This document shows, in pieces, positions 28,796 through 36,806 of a stretch of 64,000 nucleotides of DNA. A program made the translations under genes and the position numbers. The notes under the pieces were generated by a model. It searched no databases. It was given only the letters and a program-made list of their open reading frames with translations, and was not told the origin of the DNA. How positions within the stretch are numbered: the stretch's first letter is position 1; every line of letters begins with the position of its first letter. The stretch is from an uncultured delta proteobacterium (lineage in GTDB: Bacteria > Bdellovibrionota > FAC87 > UBA2466): NCBI GenBank assembly GCA_963778115.1, contig CAVZSV010000006.1:1-64000 (forward strand), written 5' to 3'.

Positions 28796-30276
28796 GTGGC
28801 GAAGCCGCAGCTTTTATGTCTCGAATTGGCTCTAGCGCCAAATTTCCGAGACTGGTTCTTGCCTTCTCTCATGCAGATATCCTTACGACGACGGCCGGAA
28901 CCGAACGGGCAATCCGAGCGGAAAAGGCTCTTTTTAATAGTAACGGAATTTCCTACGTTCAAATCTTTGCCAAGCGCGACGCTATGAAAGATCTGCGCGC
29001 AGAAGCAGCACTCTTTGGCTTAAACGTCGATGATACTTTCATTGGTTATCTGCAGTCTCAAGATTTTCCGCACGCGTGGAAGGCCATGGAAAGATTTGGA
29101 TTACGTATTCAAAGAATCCATCTGCATCACCTATTGGGAATTAGCCCGCAAAGGTTAGAGACCTTGTTGGGAAATCTTAGCGTCCCCACTACCTTTTTTA
29201 TCCACGATTACTATTCGGCCTGTCCTCAAATCAATTTCATCAAGAATGACCGCGAATATTGTGGAGGCCCCCCTCCGGGATCTGAGATCTGCAAAGATTG
29301 TAAGTATGGCGAGACGAGAATTGAGCACTTTGACGGATGGAACCGGTTTTTTTCGAGCCAAGTAAATGAGTTTGTGACCCCTTCCACAACCTCTGCTCAA
29401 GAATGGAGCCGTAGTTTTCCCCATTTAGCGGGCAAATTGAAAGTGGTCCCTCATCTACGTGAGGTCGCCCGTCTGCCCCCGGTCGCTTCATCGCGAGGGG
29501 ATTTTATCCGTGTGGCGTATGTGGGCTATGAAACCGAGCTGAAAGGGTTTAGTACGTGGCAGAAAATCTCTAGAGCGTTCAAGGGAAATACCTACCGCTT
29601 TTATCAGTTAGGGCAATCTAGCCACTGCGACAAGCATGTGAGCAACATTGCTGTCCGCAATGTGGAAGACGAAAATGCCATGGTTAGGGCACTCGAAAAG
29701 CATCGTATCGACATTGCGCTATTGTGGTCACGTTGCCCGGAAACCTATTCCTATACCTTCTTTGAAAGTTTAATGGCGGGATGTCTCGTAGTGACCAATC
29801 CTCACAGCGGCAATATCGCTCGCGAAATAGCAAGTAACGGGATGGGGTTAATTTTAGAGAATGAGTCGGCTCTCATGTCGTTTTTTAAAGACGCTGCCAG
29901 AGTCGAACAGACGTTGGAAGCTCACCGGGCAAAACTACCTAAGTTGGTGTTTGAGTCCAATCGTGAAGGGGTAGAGCAGGCTGTGGCGAGTCTTAGCGAT
30001 AGCGGCGCCTCAAGTCCCACTCCTGGGGTGACTTCCGGGACGATTTTCGAAGCGCAAAGTGGTAGCGAGGAATACCGCGCTTTGGGACCGGCTCTTGTGG
30101 TAGCTTCACAAATCAACGCCGTGGAGAGCGAAGTGATTGCCCTGCGCGAGAAGATACATAACTTAGGGCAGCCTTTGTGGTTCAAACTATACCGATCGCT
30201 ACGAAAGTGGGTAGGGAGCTGGCTGAAACCGGTTCTGCGATCGCTTCGGCCAAGTGACACCAGAATAGGAGCTTAG
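28792..30276 (+). CDS. Glycosyltransferase (GT-B, GT4-like)
   Basis: AGTER, HLHHL, HDYYSACP, KG, SRCPETYSYTFFE (E-x7-E). Confidence 0.8.
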   Translation: MSGEAAAFMSRIGSSAKFPRLVLAFSHADILTTTAGTERAIRAEKALFNSNGISYVQIFAKRDAMKDLRAEAALFGLNVDDTFIGYLQSQDFPHAWKAMERFGLRIQRIHLHHLLGISPQRLETLLGNLSVPTTFFIHDYYSACPQINFIKNDREYCGGPPPGSEICKDCKYGETRIEHFDGWNRFFSSQVNEFVTPSTTSAQEWSRSFPHLAGKLKVVPHLREVARLPPVASSRGDFIRVAYVGYETELKGFSTWQKISRAFKGNTYRFYQLGQSSHCDKHVSNIAVRNVEDENAMVRALEKHRIDIALLWSRCPETYSYTFFESLMAGCLVVTNPHSGNIAREIASNGMGLILENESALMSFFKDAARVEQTLEAHRAKLPKLVFESNREGVEQAVASLSDSGASSPTPGVTSGTIFEAQSGSEEYRALGPALVVASQINAVESEVIALREKIHNLGQPLWFKLYRSLRKWVGSWLKPVLRSLRPSDTRIGA

Positions 30277-30281
30277 GAAAT

Positions 30282-31448
30282 ATGGTCGTCTTTACTTCAA
30301 TAACCGCCAACTACATTCCCAAAGCTCGGATTTTAGCCCGCTCGGTCAAAAGACATCTTCCCGCGGCAAAATTCGTCGTTATCCTTTGTGACGAAATTCC
30401 TAAGGAGCTTTCGGAAACGATCGAGCCTTTTGACGCCCTATTGCAAGTTCACGAGTTGGGAATTCCGGTTGAGAATTTACCTGCCTGGATCTTTTCCCAT
30501 TCCGTTGTCGAGCTTTGCACCGCGGTTAAGGGAGCGGCGTTTCTAACGCTCTTTGAAAAGTTTCAAGATGAGAAAGTCATGTTTCTGGATCCGGATATTG
30601 TAGTGTTGGATAGTTTGGAACCCCTTGAGACTTTACTCGACTCGCATAGTGTTCTTATCACCCCGCATTTGGTTGAGCCTGACGACACTTTGGATGCGAT
30701 CGCCGACAATGAAGTATGTGCTCTCGCCCACGGTGTCTACAATTTTGGGTTCTTGGCCGTTCGCAACTCTGTCGAAGGGAAACGTTTTGCCACTTGGTGG
30801 AGAGATAGATTGACGCACTTTTGTTACGATGACATCCCTCGAGGGCTCTTTACCGATCAGCGTTGGGGTGATTTGGTGCCGGCTTTTTTTCCGGACGCCT
30901 ACATCGTGAGAGATAAAATCTATAACGTCGCGACTTGGAACTTAAGTCACCGAAAAGTGGACATGGATAAGAACGGAAAGCTTTTTATCGAAGGTCAACC
31001 GATCCGGTTTTACCATTTTTCCGGTTTCGATTCCGGCGCCCAAGAAGCGATGCTGACGAAATACGGAAAAGGAAACCAAGGGCTATTTAAATTGCGTGAA
31101 TGGTATTTGGCTGAAATGGAAAACGAGGGCCAGTCTCTTTTTGGAAAGCGCCCCTCCTGTTATGGTTTTTATCAGGATGGAGAGAAGATCTCTCAAGAGC
31201 AGCGAGTCCTATACCGGGGACGCCCCGACTTGAAGTTAAAATATCCCGACCCCTTCGCCACGGAGCCTGCCAAACAGAGCTATGTCGCTTGGTTCAAGAA
31301 GACCGGCCGTTGGGAATTAAAGGGCGAGGGCTTCAGACAAGCGTTTAAGAAAAATAGTCCCAAGGCCTACGATCTAATTAAGGGTGCTAGCTATTGGGCT
31401 AAGCGAGTTAAGAACACGGTTCCTTTTTTGTCTCGGTTTGAGTTCTAG
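30282..31448 (+). CDS. Glycosyltransferase (GT-A, GT8-like)
   Basis: FTSITANY, ELCTAVK, FLDPDI (DxD), YNFGF, FTDQRW, YNVATWN, FYHFSG. Confidence 0.85.
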   Translation: MVVFTSITANYIPKARILARSVKRHLPAAKFVVILCDEIPKELSETIEPFDALLQVHELGIPVENLPAWIFSHSVVELCTAVKGAAFLTLFEKFQDEKVMFLDPDIVVLDSLEPLETLLDSHSVLITPHLVEPDDTLDAIADNEVCALAHGVYNFGFLAVRNSVEGKRFATWWRDRLTHFCYDDIPRGLFTDQRWGDLVPAFFPDAYIVRDKIYNVATWNLSHRKVDMDKNGKLFIEGQPIRFYHFSGFDSGAQEAMLTKYGKGNQGLFKLREWYLAEMENEGQSLFGKRPSCYGFYQDGEKISQEQRVLYRGRPDLKLKYPDPFATEPAKQSYVAWFKKTGRWELKGEGFRQAFKKNSPKAYDLIKGASYWAKRVKNTVPFLSRFEF

Positions 31449-32861
31449 GTAACAGAGCATAAGTCCTATCCACCCCGGCACAATGATCTGCATCAGATAG
31501 CGAAACGGAACTTCCGGGTTAACGTAAGCAAAAATAAAATAGCAGGCTATCGAATACAGCGTGAGGAAAATTCCCAGCACATTCTTCTGCCGGACTATGA
31601 GCATCATCAAGCCGATGAGGACGACCGCTACCGTCAGCCAATGAAAGGCGCGGAACTTTTTGAAGAGTTTATCGAGGTACCTTACCATTCTCAGAAATCC
31701 TCCTTTCGGATTTCCTCCCCATTTACTTTGAAAATAAGGGCCGTAGTACTCCCCGACTTCGGGATAGGCTTGGGAAGCGCTATCTGCTCCGAACTGGAAA
31801 AGCCCCATCTCCAAGTCGTGGATGTCGGTGAGATAGGAAAGGGGGGCTGCGAGGATCCAGTGGAGCGTAGCTTTCCATCCGATCGTGCGAAAAAGATCGG
31901 TAATCTTTCCGTTTAGTGGGACTAGCGGCGTTCCCAGACTCTTAAGACCGAATAGAAATTCCGAGCAGCGCGAGCCTTCGATAAGTGCCTTTCCCTGCGT
32001 GGTGGAGCAGTCTACGGAATAGAGTTTCACGCCACAGCGAAGCGCACATTGAATAGATACGGAAGTTCCCAAGACCGTAATTCCTGACTGGGCTTCATTT
32101 TTGGGGAGCTCTTTTCGCAGTAGGAAATCCGAAGTCAAAATGCCAAAAAGCATAGCGGCCGCAACGACAGCCCAAATATAGTTATCTCTTAGAGCGGCTG
32201 CTTTTCGATCCGATTTTAGAAAAAGGACTAGGCCAAGGCCCAACACACAGAAGGGGATAATCATCATTTGATATCGAGTGTGGTAAGCGAGAGTGCCCAC
32301 CATTGCGCAAAGAAGAATCTTAATGAAGCGCCACTTCTTATGGCGCCCGATGCTTTGCAACAGAAAGCCGACAAGAAAAAGTAAGAGAAACGATACCATT
32401 TCGGTCCAAAAGGCGTTGATGAGATATAAAATTCCAGGAGCGACAAGCAAAGCGGAAACAAGAAGATAACTCCCTACCCAGAAAAGCTTTATACGGGATC
32501 GAAAAACGTCCTCTCTCTTGTCGAACCCAGTCCAAACTAACGGAGAGATCAAAACCACAGCCGAAAAACATTGAAGGAGATAAAAGAGGTAAAGAAACCA
32601 AGAGTCGTTAAATAGATGCGCGATGGCTGCTAGCCCCTTCATCAACATTCCAAAAAAGAGCGGGTGTGAGTCGGCTACCTCAGGCCTTAAAGAGAGATGG
32701 AGGTAATGGTAACTATCATAGGTGAGAAAGGGCGGAGCCATCCGCTTTAGTACGAAAAGAAACAGGACCAAGGTGGCTAAGAGTAGCCATACTAATCGGA
32801 GTCCCAATTGCTGCAGTCCGCCATCACTCTCGCCGGGAGGCATCTCAAAGTAGTTTCTCAT
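31374..32861 (-). CDS. Polytopic membrane protein, probable GT-C glycosyltransferase
   Basis: About 11 TM helices; TYDSYHY...HP after TM1; a large periplasmic loop; late FRY motif. Confidence 0.6.
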   Translation of the reverse strand: MRNYFEMPPGESDGGLQQLGLRLVWLLLATLVLFLFVLKRMAPPFLTYDSYHYLHLSLRPEVADSHPLFFGMLMKGLAAIAHLFNDSWFLYLFYLLQCFSAVVLISPLVWTGFDKREDVFRSRIKLFWVGSYLLVSALLVAPGILYLINAFWTEMVSFLLLFLVGFLLQSIGRHKKWRFIKILLCAMVGTLAYHTRYQMMIIPFCVLGLGLVLFLKSDRKAAALRDNYIWAVVAAAMLFGILTSDFLLRKELPKNEAQSGITVLGTSVSIQCALRCGVKLYSVDCSTTQGKALIEGSRCSEFLFGLKSLGTPLVPLNGKITDLFRTIGWKATLHWILAAPLSYLTDIHDLEMGLFQFGADSASQAYPEVGEYYGPYFQSKWGGNPKGGFLRMVRYLDKLFKKFRAFHWLTVAVVLIGLMMLIVRQKNVLGIFLTLYSIACYFIFAYVNPEVPFRYLMQIIVPGWIGLMLCYLELKPRQKRNRVLNSLSPIASTLN

Positions 32862-32963
32862 GGGCTGGAATTTTAATACCTTGGCAGCCTCGAAAAACCT
32901 AGGAGGAAATTCTCCTGCAATAACCCCATTCTGGAGCCTAACGCAGAGCCGGTATCGATACTA

Positions 32964-33800
32964 ATGCTTGAAAATATTCACAAAAAATCTTATGCATTAG
33001 ACGTGTTTGCCCCAAATCTTCTTCGCAAGCGGATTCTTGAAATGGCCTTTGCCGGCCAAGCAGTTCACGTTCCCTGCGCTTTCTCTTTGGTGGAGGTGGT
33101 CTCGCTGCTTTACGGCAAGCACTTGCGGTTTAATCCCAAAGATCCCCACGATCCGCTTCGCGACTTTTTGGTGCTGTCCAAGGGTCATGGAGTCATGACA
33201 CTTTATGCGGCCCTTCACGAACTGGGATGGATAACGGATGAAGATCTGAAACACTATTTTCAAGACGGCTCTCGGCTAAAAGGATTAGGCGAGTCTGACA
33301 TTCCAGGCATTGAAGTGACGGCTGGCTCGTTAGGTCATGGATTTCCAGTCGCAACAGGGATCGCTTTGGGGCTGAAGCGAAAAAACAAGAGCAATCAGGT
33401 CTATTGCATTGCTGGCGACGGAGAGATGAACGAAGGCCCCATGTGGGAGAGCTGTCTTTTCGCCGCTCACCACAAACTGGACAATCTTTGTCTCATCATC
33501 GACGCAAATCGGTTCCAGGCGATGGGTACTACCGAATCCATCATGGGTCTGGAACCGTTGGTGGAAAAGTTTAAGAGTTTTGGTTTCGAATCGTGCGAAG
33601 TCGATGGTCACGACGTTATGAAAATGGATACCGAGATGAATCGTCTTAAGAAAGTAAGCGGAAAGCCAAAAGCTATCGTTGCACGAACGATAAAAGGCAA
33701 AGGGGTTTCCTTCATGGAAGGCGACAACCGCTGGCATTACACACGGCTGACTCAGGATCTATTGGACAAGTCGCTGCGGGAGCTTGAAGACCGTGCGTAA
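32964..33800 (+). CDS. Transketolase-like protein, N-terminal (ThDP-binding) subunit
   Basis: LSKGHG, GSLGHG, ThDP motif GDGEMNEG...N, TIKGKGVSFME...WH. Confidence 0.93.
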   Translation: MLENIHKKSYALDVFAPNLLRKRILEMAFAGQAVHVPCAFSLVEVVSLLYGKHLRFNPKDPHDPLRDFLVLSKGHGVMTLYAALHELGWITDEDLKHYFQDGSRLKGLGESDIPGIEVTAGSLGHGFPVATGIALGLKRKNKSNQVYCIAGDGEMNEGPMWESCLFAAHHKLDNLCLIIDANRFQAMGTTESIMGLEPLVEKFKSFGFESCEVDGHDVMKMDTEMNRLKKVSGKPKAIVARTIKGKGVSFMEGDNRWHYTRLTQDLLDKSLRELEDRA

Positions 33801-34701
33801 TTTGCTAAGCAGTCTTATTACTCAGGCCGCGATCTCTCAAGAAGAGTTTGTCGTGCTTTCCGGCGATCACGGGTATGCCCTTTTCGATGAATTGCGTTCC
33901 CAGCGTCCCGGCCAATTTATCAATGTGGGAGTAGCCGAGCAGAGCATGGTGGGAATTGCGGCGGGACTCGCTAAACAGAATTTTAAACCCTTGGTCTATG
34001 GGCTGTCCGCTTTTGTTCCCATCCGAGTCTTGGAACAGATCAAGCTCGATGTGTGTTACTCCCAACTTCCGGTCATCTTTATTGGCGATGGGGCGGGCCT
34101 GGTTTACTCAACGCTAGGAGTTTCTCACCAATGCGCCGAAGATATCGCCTGTCTAAGACCTCTGCCCCACATTAAGATATTTTCTCCGTGCGATGCGGAA
34201 GAGCTCAGGGTTTGCTTTGAAGAGGCAAGACGTTTTGAAGGGCCGAGTTATCTTAGAGTAGGCAAAAGCGACAGGCCTGTCGTGAATGCCAAAAACTCTC
34301 TTTCGAGTTCGGCACCGCACCTGACTTTCGAAGGCAAAGATAGAAAAATGCTGTTTTTGGGAACTGGCTCGATGGTGAGTCCCGGAACTCAGATTGCGAA
34401 GGAGTTGGGATTTTCCTTTATTTCAATTCCAAGGATAAAACCTTTTCCGAACGATCTGTTTGCGCTGATCGAGGGGACATCCAAACTAGCTGTCCTTGAA
34501 GAACACAGCCGCTACGGCGGATTGACCTCCGCGGTGCTCGATGCTTTGGCGCAAGCGGACCTTCCCATTCCTAAGGTGAGGGCCATCTGTCTCCAAGAAA
34601 AATTTTCTCACCTTTGTGGATCTTACCAGTACGCGCTTTCCGAACACCAACTCTCAGACCCTGAACTTTTTAATCGGATGCGTTGGGAAAGTGCTAACTG
34701 A
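33793..34701 (+). CDS. Transketolase-like protein, C-terminal subunit
   Basis: FINVGVAEQSMVGIAAGLA, RVLEQIKLD, SHQCAED, GPSYLR, EEHSRYGGL. GTG 33793 is better spaced from the GGGAG RBS than TTG 33784. Confidence 0.92.
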   Translation: MRNLLSSLITQAAISQEEFVVLSGDHGYALFDELRSQRPGQFINVGVAEQSMVGIAAGLAKQNFKPLVYGLSAFVPIRVLEQIKLDVCYSQLPVIFIGDGAGLVYSTLGVSHQCAEDIACLRPLPHIKIFSPCDAEELRVCFEEARRFEGPSYLRVGKSDRPVVNAKNSLSSSAPHLTFEGKDRKMLFLGTGSMVSPGTQIAKELGFSFISIPRIKPFPNDLFALIEGTSKLAVLEEHSRYGGLTSAVLDALAQADLPIPKVRAICLQEKFSHLCGSYQYALSEHQLSDPELFNRMRWESAN

Positions 34702-34702
34702 A

Positions 34703-35866
34703 ATGGCAACTTCCAGAAAAAATTTAATTTCCCTAGAAGACAGAGACTTAGATCATGCATTAGCGAAAGTAGGACCTCTTTGGGAAAAACTAAGGGGAAG
34801 CCGTCTGTTCATTACGGGGGGCACCGGATTTATAGGCAGGTGGTTGCTGGCAACCTTGGCTTACGCTAATCAGAAATTGAATTTGGAAGTTACAGCGACG
34901 GTCCTTTCCCGAGACCCCGAACTCTTTTTGAAGAAGGTTCCCGAGCTTAAGACGTTTGGCTGCTTTCAGTGGATTCAGGGAGATATTCGTACGTTTAACA
35001 TCGAAGGATCTCAGTTCGATTACGTGATCCATGGGGCCACCGACGCTGACCACGATCTCATACGACGAGATCCTGTCTTAGTCGCGCAAACGATCGTTTC
35101 GGGAACTCACCGGGCGCTTCAGGCCGCGGCAAAGGCGCAGGCTAAGAAAGTTCTCTTTCTGAGTTCTGGGGCCATCTACGGAGAACAGCCAATGGATATG
35201 GCCCATATTCGGGAAAATTTTATAGGAACCGCTCTGCCGATCGATAGTACCTCTACATACGGGGAATCCAAACGCTTGGCTGAACTGCTTTGTCTAATCT
35301 ATGAAAAACAGTTCGGCTTTTCGGTTTCGACCGCACGACTATTTTCGGTGGTAGGGCCTCACCTTCCTTTGGAAGGCGAATACGCGATAGGAAATTTTAT
35401 TAGAGATGCCGCGGAGAAATTGAATGCGATTTCCGTTAAAGGAGACGGTAGGGCTGTGCGATCGTATCTTTACGCCGCCGATGTCGCCGTTTGGCTTTGG
35501 ACACTTCTTTTGCATCCTCAAAGTCACGGACCTTATAATGTAGGCTCTCCCTACAGCATACGCATGTCGGATTTGGCCCGTGAAGTAAGTGAAGCGGCTC
35601 GACGATGCCTGGGGCTCGCGGAGGCTATGGCGATTCGAACGGAAAATAAGGCTACCTCCTCTTTGATTCCGGGGAAGCACTATGTTCCTTCGATTGAAAG
35701 AGCGGAAACGGAATTAGGTTTGCAAATGTGGGTGTCTTTACCTAATGCCTTGGATCGCACGCTTCAATGGGCTATCGCCGACAAAAAAGAGCGAATTAAC
35801 GATTCCGCAAATTTGTCGCAAGCTAAAGAAACCTCCCTTCTTGCGGAAAAGCAGCCTTCGGTTTAA
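34703..35866 (+). CDS. NAD-dependent epimerase/dehydratase/reductase (extended SDR)
   Basis: ITGGTGFIG, LSSGAIYG, YGESK (YxxxK), RSYLY..D. Confidence 0.9.
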   Translation: MATSRKNLISLEDRDLDHALAKVGPLWEKLRGSRLFITGGTGFIGRWLLATLAYANQKLNLEVTATVLSRDPELFLKKVPELKTFGCFQWIQGDIRTFNIEGSQFDYVIHGATDADHDLIRRDPVLVAQTIVSGTHRALQAAAKAQAKKVLFLSSGAIYGEQPMDMAHIRENFIGTALPIDSTSTYGESKRLAELLCLIYEKQFGFSVSTARLFSVVGPHLPLEGEYAIGNFIRDAAEKLNAISVKGDGRAVRSYLYAADVAVWLWTLLLHPQSHGPYNVGSPYSIRMSDLAREVSEAARRCLGLAEAMAIRTENKATSSLIPGKHYVPSIERAETELGLQMWVSLPNALDRTLQWAIADKKERINDSANLSQAKETSLLAEKQPSV

Positions 35867-35876
35867 GGGAATCACC

Positions 35877-36806
35877 ATGAGTTTTATTTCTATCGTCACC
35901 CCGACCTATAACGAGCAGGAGAATGTAGAAGAGCTATACGAAAGAATCAAGAAGGCGATGTCTGCCATTTCAGATGTTACTTATGAGCATATCTTTATCG
36001 ACAATGCTTCCAAGGACGGCACTGTTGCCATTCTAAGAAAACTTGCGGCCCGAGATCCTAACGTAAAAGTGATCGTGAATGTGCGTAACTTTGGTCACAT
36101 TCGTTCCCCTCATCACGCGCTGTTACAAGCCACGGGCGATGCGGTGGTTTTGATGGCGTCGGACCTCCAAGACCCTCCCGAACTTCTGGCTGAATTTATT
36201 CAAAAATGGCGTGAGGGTTACAAAGTCGTGATGGCCGTTCGGACCGAGAGTGTCGAATCTGTTTTGTTGAAATTTGTTAGGACCGCTTATTATGACTTTA
36301 TTGGGAACATCGCCGATGTGCCACTCACCAAGAATTACACGGGCTTTGGATTGTACGATAGAGCTGTGATGGACATCATCCGAAAGATAGACGATCCGTA
36401 CCCCTATTTTAGAGGACTCGTCGCCGAACTTGGGTTTGAACCCGCTAAAGTTATGTTTCACAAACCCGGAAGAAAACGGGGTTTCACCAAGAATAATTTC
36501 TTTACGCTCTACGACATCGCGATGCTGGGTATCACCAGCCACTCTAAAGTCCCCTTAAGACTGGCCACGATGAGCGGATTCGCTTTAGGAGTTTTGAGTT
36601 TAATCACGGCTTTTCTGTATGTCATCGCGAAACTTATTTTTTGGAATCAATTTACGATAGGGCTTGCTCCCATCATTATCGCCCTTTTCTTTTTCTCTTC
36701 GATGCAGCTTTTCTTTGTCGGTATCTTGGGCGAGTACTTGGGGTTTATCTACACGCAAATTCTCAAGCGTCCCCTTGTCGTGGAGCGAGAGCGGATCAAT
36801 TTTTAG
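35877..36806 (+). CDS. GtrB/ArnC-like GT2 polyprenyl-phosphate glycosyltransferase
   Basis: ISIVTPTYNE, IDNASKDGT, RNFGH, SDLQDPPE, two C-terminal TMs and GILGEYLG. Confidence 0.92.
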   Translation: MSFISIVTPTYNEQENVEELYERIKKAMSAISDVTYEHIFIDNASKDGTVAILRKLAARDPNVKVIVNVRNFGHIRSPHHALLQATGDAVVLMASDLQDPPELLAEFIQKWREGYKVVMAVRTESVESVLLKFVRTAYYDFIGNIADVPLTKNYTGFGLYDRAVMDIIRKIDDPYPYFRGLVAELGFEPAKVMFHKPGRKRGFTKNNFFTLYDIAMLGITSHSKVPLRLATMSGFALGVLSLITAFLYVIAKLIFWNQFTIGLAPIIIALFFFSSMQLFFVGILGEYLGFIYTQILKRPLVVERERINF

